Shown here: positions 27,360 through 37,775 of the stretch, one piece after another | Numbering within the stretch: position 1 is the first letter of the stretch | Layout: the number at the start of each line of letters is the position of its first letter | From: Prevotella sp. | Lineage (GTDB): Bacteria > Bacteroidota > Bacteroidia > Bacteroidales > Bacteroidaceae | DNA: 64,000 bases | Reading direction: 5' to 3' | Assembly (NCBI GenBank): GCA_016281815.1 | Contig: JAEEJK010000086.1 | Coordinates: 27,369 to 91,368, forward strand | Made by a program: the position numbers and the translations under genes | Notes under the pieces: generated by a model | Seen by the model: only the letters and a program-made list of their open reading frames with translations | What the model was told of the DNA's origin: nothing | Database searches by the model: none

Positions 27360-29111
27360 ATGATGAGCAGAAAACCATTACATATGCTGCTGTTGCTGAT
27401 GGCTCTGGCACTATGGCCAGCGATTGCCGGTGCGCAGTCCCTCAGCCTGAATACCATATCGACCATTGCGAAGAGCGACCCGCTCATCATCTCTGGTGCT
27501 ATCGGTACGCAAAACACCTATTATTACTCTTCGGTAGGTTACGGCTACCGTTCTCCGTGGAGCAACACCTTCTATGCCAACCTCGACATACAACTCTACG
27601 GCATCTCCATGCCCTTCGCTTTCTACTATGGCAACAACAACTCCTCCTGGAGTTTCCCCCACATCTCCTTTCACATCGATCCCACCTACAAGAATTGGAG
27701 AGCGCACTTCGGCCGTTCCAACATGGGCATGAGTTCGTATATCATGAACATGTCTTTCAATGGTGTGGGACTGGAATACAATTCCAACAAGGTACGTGTG
27801 GGTGCCTTTTATGGATTCCTGCGCAATGCCATCAATGACGATCCCAACGACCCTCTTGCCCGCAACCCTCAGTACAGCCGTCGCGGATGGGGCATCAAAT
27901 TAGGTTATGGCACAGGCCGCAATTATCTGGACGTATATTTCCTCCGGGCAGCAGACAAGGTCGGTTCACTCGATGAATACTGGCAGCAGCGGATACGTCC
28001 TCAGGAGAATACGGCAGTCGCACTGAAAGCAGGCATCGGTCTCACCAAATGGTTGTCTCTGAGAGGCAATCTCGCCTATTCGGCATTCACGCTCGACAAG
28101 GAGTCTCCTGAAATCATCAGTCCGACCGCCGACCGTTGGTCCACTGTTTTCGATGCCAAGTACACCTCACTCATGCGTATTGCTGGAGATGTGAGCATGA
28201 ATCTCTCGCTGCGCAATTTCAACACATCCGTATTTTATCGCATGGTACAGCCCGACTACACCACCCTCGGCATGTACTACACGAGCAACAACTACCAGTC
28301 CCTGGGAGTCACCATGTCCACCTCCTTGTTCAAGAAGATCGCCTTGTCTGCCAACTTCTCAGGTCAGGAGGACAACATCACTCGCAATCAACTCTATACC
28401 ACCAGGGGATTTGTCTATTCTGCCAATGCCTCGGCTCCTGTCACACAGAATTTCCATGTGTCGGCAGGTTACAACGGATACCGTCAGTTGCAGAGTGACG
28501 GAACGACTCATGTGAACGACACGACCCGTGTCAACCGCATCATGCACTCATTGCATATCACGCCTTCCCTATCCTTTGAGGGCACCGATTTAAGTCACGC
28601 CATCTCCTTGTCAGGCAGTTGGTCGGAGAACAAAGATCTCAATTCTTTTGCAAGCGAGCAGAACGATGTTCGCACGCTTGCTGCCGGCATCAGTTACAAT
28701 GTAGAAGTCAAGCCCTGGGAGATGTCGTTCTCCACCTCTCTCAGCCATCAGCAGAGCGACGGTTATCAGACGCGCTACACCAGCGACGTTCTCTCGCTCT
28801 CCACGGGGCGTTCGTTCCTCAAGGAGAAGCAACTCAGCACATCAGCCTCAGTTTCATTGTGCTACAACGACATCCGCGACCAGCAACGGATGCTCTCCCT
28901 TGGCGGATACCTTTCCGCGAGTTACACGCTCAACAAGGTTCACGTTTTCTCATGCAATGCCAATTTCAACAAATACAGCGACACCAACATCAGCGACGAC
29001 CATTCGAGCCGCAGCACGACAGAGGTGAGCATATCGCTCAACTACAACTACACCTTCTCGTTGCTCCATCTCAAGCGCAAGGTGAAGAAACAGAAGGAGA
29101 AGGCAGAGTGA
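27360..29111 (+). CDS. Predicted outer-membrane beta-barrel protein of unknown function (583 aa)
   Basis: Signal peptide; alternating hydrophobic strands rich in Y/G/S/N throughout (GVGLEYN, VRVGAFYG, WGIKLGYG, VFYRMVQPDYTTLG); final strand SLNYNYTF followed by a basic tail. Confidence 0.75.
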   Translation: MMSRKPLHMLLLLMALALWPAIAGAQSLSLNTISTIAKSDPLIISGAIGTQNTYYYSSVGYGYRSPWSNTFYANLDIQLYGISMPFAFYYGNNNSSWSFPHISFHIDPTYKNWRAHFGRSNMGMSSYIMNMSFNGVGLEYNSNKVRVGAFYGFLRNAINDDPNDPLARNPQYSRRGWGIKLGYGTGRNYLDVYFLRAADKVGSLDEYWQQRIRPQENTAVALKAGIGLTKWLSLRGNLAYSAFTLDKESPEIISPTADRWSTVFDAKYTSLMRIAGDVSMNLSLRNFNTSVFYRMVQPDYTTLGMYYTSNNYQSLGVTMSTSLFKKIALSANFSGQEDNITRNQLYTTRGFVYSANASAPVTQNFHVSAGYNGYRQLQSDGTTHVNDTTRVNRIMHSLHITPSLSFEGTDLSHAISLSGSWSENKDLNSFASEQNDVRTLAAGISYNVEVKPWEMSFSTSLSHQQSDGYQTRYTSDVLSLSTGRSFLKEKQLSTSASVSLCYNDIRDQQRMLSLGGYLSASYTLNKVHVFSCNANFNKYSDTNISDDHSSRSTTEVSISLNYNYTFSLLHLKRKVKKQKEKAE

Positions 29112-29149
29112 GATAAAACAGATTCGAACGAAAAAAACAACAACGAGAT

Positions 29150-32100
29150 ATGGATACTGCAAGAAAAAACAGTCTCAGAGTCATGGCACGGCTATATGCT
29201 GTGCTCACAGGGCTGATACTGGCCGTATCGGCATTTGCCCAAGATGTGACAGTCGTGGTCAATCCCGTACAGCATGTTCTGCCCCCTCAGTCAGGACGCT
29301 ACCTCACCGATCCTGGGCGTTATTTTACCATCCAGTTGTTCAACCAAACAGATGAGCCGCAGTTAGTCCATCTCGGATTGCAGATTCAGCAACGTTTCCC
29401 CAACGACGAGTTGTGGGTGAGCACCAACATGGAGACCGGGCATATACCCCGCCAGCCCATTATCATTGAGCCCAACCAGCACAAGACACTCAACCCTGTT
29501 GAGATGAAGCATCTTTTCGATCATTTCACCAGCAGCGACATCTTTATAAGAGACGGGCGACACCTGAAGGTCACCAACGGAGATTACGGACTTTTGCCAG
29601 AGGGTGAATACGAGGCATTTATTACCGCATACAAATGGAATCCAGACCTTACGTCCCCTGTGGTAGTCAGTTCACCATCAGAGGGCAGGACCATGTTCTC
29701 GATTTGCTATGAGGCCGAACCGCCCAAATTCATTTATCCTGTGATAACCGGTTTCGATGGCGACCTCAATGATTTCAGGGTAGCAAAGTTGGACGTCAAC
29801 GACCCCTCTTTTGAGTGGATGGCCCCCACGCTCAACTGCAACGCCTCAATGGTCAATTTCAAGCACAACATCCGGATTGTTGAGTACAATGAGGCACTCA
29901 TGCCTGATGAGGTCATGCAAAGCGGTGTACCTACTTTCCTTGAGAAGGCACAGATTGTAGGCAACCGATACACCATCCCTCCCGCCTATGCCAGGCAGAT
30001 GATAGAGCCAGGGAAGGCCAAGGGCAAAGTCTATGCCGTGCAACTCACGGCCACTACCGACTACTTCAGAACCAATGCAGGGTCAGTCAATTTCACCCTT
30101 CTCAAGAATGATGGCAAAAGCCCTATTTTGCTCTTCCAACTCTATGACCCCAGGGTGCAAGAGGATTTGTATGAACTCAGCCTTGAAGACACCGACTCTA
30201 ACTTGGATAAAAAAGATTCTCTCTATGTTTTCGAACAGCCTTTACTTACTCGACCCTGGTTTGAAGGTGTCAGTCGGGTCATGACAATGGGAAGAGACAT
30301 CCCATGTGAGTGGCGTAAGGCATGGTTTGCCGGTGGTATGGGGGAGCGGCAGGATACCGTGGACTTCAAATATAACTTATGTCTCTACAAAGGCAACTCC
30401 GCTGACACAAAGGACGACATATACAAGTCTGCCCCTATTTGGGAAAGCCAGACTGAGGAACTGAATGACACCATCAAGTGGGCGAAGATTAAAGACAAGG
30501 TGGAAGAAGGAGACTATTTCATACTCAGGGTCACTGCGGAGGCCACCAACGAAAAGTCCATCCGCATGCTGCCCGACTCACTCAATTTTATAGATTTCGC
30601 TACTACGGTCAATTACAGCGAGATGTTTGCCTACCAATGCGGCAATGATGACGTAAGGGTGAAAAACACCACCAGCATCAGCAAGAAGCCCTCAAAGGAT
30701 CAGCGCATCAAAATCGGCCAGTTCTATATGACGCTGAATGATGATGTGCAGTTCAATTCCGACAATGCACTTGAAGGGACGGGATGGGTCAACTGGGCGC
30801 CGAGTGGTGATCCGCTGTTCAATATGAAAGCCCTCGTAGCCGTCAAGTTCGACAACCTGAAAATCAATACCGACTATGAGGTGTTTGAAGGAGTCTGCAA
30901 GACCTATGGGGAGAGCACCAAGGAAGGTGGTTATGATGAGAGCATGCTCGATTCCCTTTTCTCTGACAATGGCATCAACAATGTTTTCGGCGCGCTTGCC
31001 CTGCCCGATGACGTTCGCGACAAGGTCTCTGACTATGGCACCGATGCCAGCCAGAGTTTGGCCAAGAGTTATAACTTGGGAAAGTTTTACTCTCAGTACA
31101 AGACAGCGCGCAAGGTATGGGACAGTTGGAACAGCGGTGAAGTAAAACTCTATTTCCCCGTGGAGATGCCCCAACAGATCAAGCAGTTCCTGCCTACCGA
31201 CTTCAACATCCAGATTGCCAACATGCAGTTCACGCCACAGTCGGCTCAGATGAATCTCATCGGAGAGGTGGCGTTGCCCAACAGTGATGTATTTGAAGGT
31301 CAGAACATGCTGATCTTCGGTGCTCCCCGCCTGTGTATCTCACCCGACCGCTTCTTCCCCGAGGAAGGCGTGCTTGCCTTGTTGAGCAACCTGCCCCTGA
31401 AGGATCCCTCAAGCGACTTCAAGATGGTGTTCAAGGCTCCCCACAACCCCAATGCGCCCGAGCCCAACGATGGATGTTTCCTGCAATGGGACAAAGGTGA
31501 GTTCAGCGGACTGGGTCTTGAGATTGCCGTCACCATCCCCAACACCAAAAGGGTGATCGACGGCAAGGTGTCTGAGGGTGTGCCCGCATTGCTCGACCTG
31601 TCGACAGTGATCAGGGCCAATGAGCGTGTCGGCGACTTCATCGCCGAGGGCACTCTCACCCCATTTGAGGTCAACGACCTGCCCGGTTGGAAGTTTGCCA
31701 AGCAAAAGGGTGGCAATGAAATGAAGGTGATCTTCGACCACAACATGAGTGAGAACGGCAAGGGTATGCCCACGCTTGAAAAGATCAAAGAAAAATTCCC
31801 GAGCAACACCTTCGACCCAAGTCTCTGCGGCACCTCCACACAGAGCAACTGGAATGCCTGGCAGGGTGTATATATCAGCGAACTGTCGGTGGAATTCCCC
31901 AAGTTTGCTATTTTCGGCAGTGGTGACCAAGGTTTGACGATAGGCGCACGCGACATGATTATAGATGCCTCTGGTGTCACCTGCCAGGTGTTCGCCGACG
32001 ACATATTCAGTGCCTCCACAGGCTCTTGCGGAGGCTGGGCTTTCAGTGTCAAGAATGCTACCGTTGACATCATCCAAAACAATTTTGACAACTGCGCCCT

Positions 32101-35100
32101 GAAGGGCGGCTTCGGTGTCCCGCTTCTGGGCAAGGCAGCACAGGCTAAGGCTGCCAAGGAGAGCGGAGAGAAGACCACCGACAAGGAAGATGGCACAGAT
32201 ATAGAATACACCTGCCAGATCAGGCACCTCACTAAGCCCAAGGCCGTCACCTACCAAGCCTTGGGAGAGGACGGAGAACAAAAGGTAACTAAATCGCGCA
32301 AGGTGTATGATGATGACCGTCTCGCTTACCTCTTCCGCACTGAGAACGTCGATAAGAACGCATTGACAATGAATTTCTTCGTCGCCGAGATGACGCTGAC
32401 CAGCGAGCAGACCTACTTCCTCGTGGAAGCCAGGGACAAGGATGACGGAAAAACCGAAACCCAGGTGGAACTGTGTATGGGAGGAAAAATCGTCATCGCT
32501 GGGACAGAGGGTATCAATGATCGTCTGAAAAAAATCTCCGAGAAACTGGGCGACATGAAACTCAAGTTGCCCGACATCACCTTCTGCAAGATGCGGCTGT
32601 CGAACACGAAAGAAGCCGACTGGAAGGAGTGGGACTTGGATGACAAGAAACTTCACCAAACGAGGTTGGAAAGCGAGGCAAATACTGCCAGTGATAACTC
32701 CAAGAACCTGTTGCACTATACTTTCGCCCAAGGAGGAGAGTTGGAACTGGGCAAAGAATGCTATTTCAACTACGGAGAATGGGCCTTGGCATCCGAGGCC
32801 AAGAAACTCGGACCGTTCAGTTTCGACTTGGAGGGATTTGACGTCAATTACTCCAATGAGAAGTTGTTGCTCGACGTGAAAGGAAAAATCGGCCTCATCG
32901 AAGACCAGGTCAGTGTTTCTGCCGGAGTAGGGATAGAAGCCAAACTGCACAAAAATGGCGGCATCAGCAACTGGTATTTCTCCGACGGACGTATTTCTTT
33001 CAAAGAGTTGGCTGTGGATGTGGAGTTCACGGGGCTGGCCCTGAAAGGTATGCTGAAGATGCAGGACGAGCCAGGCAAGGATAAGGGGTATGCCGGCAGC
33101 CTGGATGTCAGTGTCGTGGGACTCTTTAAGGTGAGTTGTACAGGAGGATACTACTCCCACAAGGCCTCTGCTGAAGAGAAATTGAAATTGAAAGACAAGA
33201 ATGAGGATAGTTATTCCTGGGGCTATTTCACCTGCGACTTGGAGATGGATGCCAAAACGTCAATCCTTCGTGTTGACCCAGTGGTCATTACCCGCATCAG
33301 CGGAGGTTTCTATGTCAACTGCAAGCCAAACATATCATCGGGCGGTATGGATGCTCGGCGTGGCGACCCACCAACCAACAGCACTTACGGAGCCATCGGA
33401 GTATCCTTCGGCATGGGACTGGCGGCTTCCTCCGGTGAGGAGACCCTGTCTGGAAGCGTGGATCTGACCGTTGTCTATAACAGGAAGTTACATAAACTCA
33501 CTTCCTTCGTCTTCCTCGGCAATGTGAACGCCCTCAGCGGCATTGTCAATTCCGATGTCAAGTTGGTCTATATCAATGAAAATGGAGAGGGTGATAATGA
33601 AGACCGAGTCAAGGACCGTTATCTCTGCCTGAACATCACCACCAGCGGCGGCTACGACAACAAGACGCTCAACAACTATATCTCAAAAGCCACGGGTCAA
33701 CTCACAGAAATGAAGTCAGAACTCGATGCTTTCAACAATAAGTTGAACGGCTTTGCCGACGATCCTTACGGAGGATTGGGAGCCCTCAAAAGCACATATG
33801 CGAACAAGACGGGCGAGAAGGCTGAGAAGAAAGTCGACAGCGACAGCGAAATGAGCGAAGCAGATAAGGCACGGTTTGAGAACAAGGCCGGAGGTGAGGA
33901 AAACAAGGAGGGCAAGACGAAAGCAGGTGAGTTTGTCATCCCGTTGGAACTGAAGATCACCTGGGTGGAGAATTATGTGAAGGATAAGAGATGGCACTTG
34001 TATCTTGGCGAGCCTGACAAGGACAAGCGGTGCAAGTTCACGCTGATTGACTTCAAGGACAAGTCGGGAATCGTGAGTGTCAACATCGGTGCCGACTCCT
34101 ACCTGTGCATTGGCAACGAACTTCCCAACCATGGACAGTTGCCTCCCATCCCACAGGAAATCACTGAGTTCCTCAACGGGCACAAGAAGAGCACTGCCTC
34201 TATGGGAGCCGACATGGCTAAATTGGATCGCTCAAGGGCCAAGGTAGTGAGTGAGATTCTCAACAATGCCGATGGCGGCGGAGGCGTGATGCTTGGCGCA
34301 TCGGCATGGGGATTTATTGATGTCAATCTCGGCCTCTTCTATGCTGACCTCAGAGCCATCGCTGGCTTCGACGTGGCCATGGTACACTATGATACGCCTC
34401 AGTACTGTGATAACTATGGCGGTTATATGGGTCACAATGGATGGTATGCCATGGGGCAACTCTATGCTTACCTCGCTGCAAAGTTCGGTCTGCACATCAA
34501 ACTCGGAAAACTTATTGATGAGCGCATCGACCTCGTGGATGCCGGCATCGGCGGACTGCTTGAAGTGGGATTGCCACGACCCACATGGGTGGAGGGCAAG
34601 GCCAGGGTAAAGGTACATTTGCTCGGAGGCTTGGTGAAAATTGACAAATCATTCTCATTTGCCGCAGGCGACCACTGCGTGCCATTCAAAGGCAATGCCC
34701 TCGATGACTTTGCTCTCTTTGGTGATTGCTCCATCGCTTCCGACAGTCTGGCAGAGGGCTGGGATGAAAAAAATGCCATCAGTATAGGTAAAGCCCGCAA
34801 TGCCGTCTTGGAGACTTACGCCGGCCTGGGTGAGAATTACCGTCTATACGATCCGACAACAGGCGGAGAATTGGAGAGTGACACCGGGTATGATGAGACT
34901 CAACTGAAACCTTATGCCTCCAGAACGTATGTGTTTGATATCGACAAGACAAGAGTCTATGCGGAAAATGCAAAAGCCAATGTCAACAAATGTCTGGGCG
35001 TCAAACTCTATGAGATACCTGGGGATATCTGGGATAGGAGCAAGTATGCCTATGCCTGGGATAACATAATAAGTAGGTTCAGCGGAAACAGATGGAACAA

Positions 35101-37765
35101 TGCAATTCTGGGCAGATGGATGAAGAGCAGTTCGTTGGACAGTGAGACAAAGCCCTATCCCCAATATTGGACAGACCAGGATGCCATCCTTGACAAATCA
35201 AGGGCGTGGGAGGGCTATGGTCAGGCAGGTATGGATCATGGTGCAAGACAAGCCATCAGTAAATATGAGGTTACTGCCGGTGTCGGCATTGTTGAATCCA
35301 AAGGACGCAGGTTCCATCTAAAACTGCCTCAACTCAAGCCAGATTGCTACTATATCCTGGAAGTCTCCGGGCAGGCATTCGAGATTTTGAACGGCAAGCG
35401 TGTGTGGACACAGATGACCGTGGAGGATATCTACCACAAGAAACATAAGGAGTATGTGCGTTGGGAGCAGAAAAAACTTTTCTTCTTCCGCACCAAGTCC
35501 GAGGATGAACAAATCCCCGAACAGATTTTCGACATCCAGCCCTATGTGGCATTGGCATACCCGTCGGTGGGCATCAACAAACTCTTCAATAAAAAAACCG
35601 ACGCCAAATTCGACAAAGCCAATTTCATCGACCTGAAGAGACCTGTCATCGCCCTCAACACCGACATTCGCGATGCCTTCAAGGATGGCAAGTTGGAATG
35701 GGAGATGAACTGCTGGGGGAAACATGAAGTGATAAGTAATGAGTGGGAGATGGTTGATGGAGGACTTGTGATGCAGCCCAAAATCGCCTTCGACATCACT
35801 AGTGGGTTCGATGAATACAGGCTGCGGCTGAATTACAAATACCAAGTACCCTATCAATGCAAAGGGGCCAACATCCAAGGACAGTTTGTGGATAAATCAC
35901 AAATATACATGACCAAATTCCTGGAATTGCCTGAAAACGATAAGGCAGAGGCCAGCATCAAGATGCTGAAAGCGTTAGGAGTCGATGATGATGTTATGAA
36001 GAAACAGGGCTTCACCGATGTCAAGACCATGACGATAGAACAAAAAAATAACGTCATTTATTCTGCAACACTATTGATATTGATGGGCTCATTTACTAAT
36101 AACACAGAAAAGGTGAATCAGATGGTTGATGTCCTCGGAGAATACTGCAAAGACATCGATATAAAAGAAACTACCTGCTACAAGGACACCACGGTGGTAC
36201 TCGCCGACATGTGGCTCGGGCAGGAAGACCACGATTGGTGTAGGGGAATTGGCTACCAAAAGCCCTACGAAAAGCAGTTCATCGGTGTCAGACCCACCTC
36301 ATTGCCAACTTTCTCCGACCAATACATCCATGCTGGCAGTTGGGATAAAGACTTGGATATTGTCTTCAACAAAGGCGGCCTTCGACTGACCGACCCCTAC
36401 CTCTACTTCGCTTATCTCTCGAAGTGGGTATTCATAGGCGACATGCAAATTGAAAAATACAGTTTCGACAACGTCAAGATACCCTATGCTTCCGAATCAC
36501 TCACATTCAGTTACAACGGCCATGATATCACTGGTTCGCTTATGAAGGGAAACAGTTACCAGCGAGGCAAGAACTACTATCTGAACTTCATGCGGAGAGA
36601 CATGTACAACGCGTGGGCTGGTGCCTGGTGGGTGGATAATGCTTCAATACGTGACAATCAGTCGGCGGGGTTAATTAAGTATCCGCTGCCCACCATCATG
36701 GATGACGACTGGGGGTTGACAGTTGCCAACAGCAATGGCATCACACCGACATGGGTAAAGTATAATCAAAATAATGAAGATGCCGACTTTGGAATCCGCA
36801 ACCTTGTGTACGACTTCTTGGCTCCCTACTACATAGCCGATGCACTAAGTAAAAAAATGAAAGAGATATGCGAGGAATTCATCTACTGGTATAACATTGA
36901 TATCGATGAAAAAGACAAATATCTCAACAATGTAATCACCAATTGGCAAAACACGCACCGAGGACAATATCTCACCATTGAGAGCAGAGGATACACTGTA
37001 AAGGTACCCTACTACCAGTTCCCTCTTATCTTCGGAGGCTGCTTCGGTGGAGGCAAAGAATTCCTTACAGGGGATGATGTGTCGCGCTCCAACCGCTCGT
37101 TCGACCATTCGCTTAAGAAAGCCGAATTGCCCGACGAACGGCGCGACTCAAAGACATCCAATCTAGTGTTTTTCAGATTGTGCGGTGGTGTCCCCTTCCA
37201 AACCTACGACAACAAGTACACCGACAATTACCGCACGATGAATGATGAAGATATCAAAGATGTCTTCAATAAGGCCAAACAGCAAGAACTGGACTCTATT
37301 TCTGCGGTCCTCAAAAAAATCTATTATGTTAAAGAAGAATATGACGAAGCTTTTGAGACCTATAAAAAGGATATTGACAAAAAGTATGACAAATACTGGG
37401 AAAAGATAAACAAGAAAAACGAAAAGAACAAAAAGAGCAAAAACAACAAGAATGCTTACAAGTATGTTGACTACGATGAATTCTATCTTTCGGGTGCACT
37501 TAAAAGTATCAAAGAATTCACCTTCCAAGGCTATAGGGTGAACAACTTCAACCTCGGAACAGGCCAATATACATACTATTCCGGCTTAGGACCCGATGAA
37601 TATACAGACAATTGGTATTACCGAACAACCACTGTGGGCGACAAAGGAGAAAAGAACGTGATGTCACTGCTATATAAGTATATGAAAGCGAATTTAAAGA
37701 AAGGGATCAAGACAAGTTCATTGGATACAATCATACCGGTGACAGTGAACGGCGTGCAGCAGTAA
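29150..37765 (+). CDS. Giant exported protein (2871 aa), TANFOR-like N-terminus, long beta-rich body, function unknown
   Basis: Uninterrupted 8.6-kb ORF with a signal peptide (..AVSAFAQ). The N-domain VTVVVNPVQHVLPP..YLTDP..FTIQLFN...PIIIEP resembles TANFOR domains from recall. Also a Gly/aromatic conserved block GHNGWYAMGQLYAYL...LPRPTWVEG. Confidence 0.7.
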   Translation: MDTARKNSLRVMARLYAVLTGLILAVSAFAQDVTVVVNPVQHVLPPQSGRYLTDPGRYFTIQLFNQTDEPQLVHLGLQIQQRFPNDELWVSTNMETGHIPRQPIIIEPNQHKTLNPVEMKHLFDHFTSSDIFIRDGRHLKVTNGDYGLLPEGEYEAFITAYKWNPDLTSPVVVSSPSEGRTMFSICYEAEPPKFIYPVITGFDGDLNDFRVAKLDVNDPSFEWMAPTLNCNASMVNFKHNIRIVEYNEALMPDEVMQSGVPTFLEKAQIVGNRYTIPPAYARQMIEPGKAKGKVYAVQLTATTDYFRTNAGSVNFTLLKNDGKSPILLFQLYDPRVQEDLYELSLEDTDSNLDKKDSLYVFEQPLLTRPWFEGVSRVMTMGRDIPCEWRKAWFAGGMGERQDTVDFKYNLCLYKGNSADTKDDIYKSAPIWESQTEELNDTIKWAKIKDKVEEGDYFILRVTAEATNEKSIRMLPDSLNFIDFATTVNYSEMFAYQCGNDDVRVKNTTSISKKPSKDQRIKIGQFYMTLNDDVQFNSDNALEGTGWVNWAPSGDPLFNMKALVAVKFDNLKINTDYEVFEGVCKTYGESTKEGGYDESMLDSLFSDNGINNVFGALALPDDVRDKVSDYGTDASQSLAKSYNLGKFYSQYKTARKVWDSWNSGEVKLYFPVEMPQQIKQFLPTDFNIQIANMQFTPQSAQMNLIGEVALPNSDVFEGQNMLIFGAPRLCISPDRFFPEEGVLALLSNLPLKDPSSDFKMVFKAPHNPNAPEPNDGCFLQWDKGEFSGLGLEIAVTIPNTKRVIDGKVSEGVPALLDLSTVIRANERVGDFIAEGTLTPFEVNDLPGWKFAKQKGGNEMKVIFDHNMSENGKGMPTLEKIKEKFPSNTFDPSLCGTSTQSNWNAWQGVYISELSVEFPKFAIFGSGDQGLTIGARDMIIDASGVTCQVFADDIFSASTGSCGGWAFSVKNATVDIIQNNFDNCALKGGFGVPLLGKAAQAKAAKESGEKTTDKEDGTDIEYTCQIRHLTKPKAVTYQALGEDGEQKVTKSRKVYDDDRLAYLFRTENVDKNALTMNFFVAEMTLTSEQTYFLVEARDKDDGKTETQVELCMGGKIVIAGTEGINDRLKKISEKLGDMKLKLPDITFCKMRLSNTKEADWKEWDLDDKKLHQTRLESEANTASDNSKNLLHYTFAQGGELELGKECYFNYGEWALASEAKKLGPFSFDLEGFDVNYSNEKLLLDVKGKIGLIEDQVSVSAGVGIEAKLHKNGGISNWYFSDGRISFKELAVDVEFTGLALKGMLKMQDEPGKDKGYAGSLDVSVVGLFKVSCTGGYYSHKASAEEKLKLKDKNEDSYSWGYFTCDLEMDAKTSILRVDPVVITRISGGFYVNCKPNISSGGMDARRGDPPTNSTYGAIGVSFGMGLAASSGEETLSGSVDLTVVYNRKLHKLTSFVFLGNVNALSGIVNSDVKLVYINENGEGDNEDRVKDRYLCLNITTSGGYDNKTLNNYISKATGQLTEMKSELDAFNNKLNGFADDPYGGLGALKSTYANKTGEKAEKKVDSDSEMSEADKARFENKAGGEENKEGKTKAGEFVIPLELKITWVENYVKDKRWHLYLGEPDKDKRCKFTLIDFKDKSGIVSVNIGADSYLCIGNELPNHGQLPPIPQEITEFLNGHKKSTASMGADMAKLDRSRAKVVSEILNNADGGGGVMLGASAWGFIDVNLGLFYADLRAIAGFDVAMVHYDTPQYCDNYGGYMGHNGWYAMGQLYAYLAAKFGLHIKLGKLIDERIDLVDAGIGGLLEVGLPRPTWVEGKARVKVHLLGGLVKIDKSFSFAAGDHCVPFKGNALDDFALFGDCSIASDSLAEGWDEKNAISIGKARNAVLETYAGLGENYRLYDPTTGGELESDTGYDETQLKPYASRTYVFDIDKTRVYAENAKANVNKCLGVKLYEIPGDIWDRSKYAYAWDNIISRFSGNRWNNAILGRWMKSSSLDSETKPYPQYWTDQDAILDKSRAWEGYGQAGMDHGARQAISKYEVTAGVGIVESKGRRFHLKLPQLKPDCYYILEVSGQAFEILNGKRVWTQMTVEDIYHKKHKEYVRWEQKKLFFFRTKSEDEQIPEQIFDIQPYVALAYPSVGINKLFNKKTDAKFDKANFIDLKRPVIALNTDIRDAFKDGKLEWEMNCWGKHEVISNEWEMVDGGLVMQPKIAFDITSGFDEYRLRLNYKYQVPYQCKGANIQGQFVDKSQIYMTKFLELPENDKAEASIKMLKALGVDDDVMKKQGFTDVKTMTIEQKNNVIYSATLLILMGSFTNNTEKVNQMVDVLGEYCKDIDIKETTCYKDTTVVLADMWLGQEDHDWCRGIGYQKPYEKQFIGVRPTSLPTFSDQYIHAGSWDKDLDIVFNKGGLRLTDPYLYFAYLSKWVFIGDMQIEKYSFDNVKIPYASESLTFSYNGHDITGSLMKGNSYQRGKNYYLNFMRRDMYNAWAGAWWVDNASIRDNQSAGLIKYPLPTIMDDDWGLTVANSNGITPTWVKYNQNNEDADFGIRNLVYDFLAPYYIADALSKKMKEICEEFIYWYNIDIDEKDKYLNNVITNWQNTHRGQYLTIESRGYTVKVPYYQFPLIFGGCFGGGKEFLTGDDVSRSNRSFDHSLKKAELPDERRDSKTSNLVFFRLCGGVPFQTYDNKYTDNYRTMNDEDIKDVFNKAKQQELDSISAVLKKIYYVKEEYDEAFETYKKDIDKKYDKYWEKINKKNEKNKKSKNNKNAYKYVDYDEFYLSGALKSIKEFTFQGYRVNNFNLGTGQYTYYSGLGPDEYTDNWYYRTTTVGDKGEKNVMSLLYKYMKANLKKGIKTSSLDTIIPVTVNGVQQ

Positions 37766-37775
37766 CGCCAAAAAC

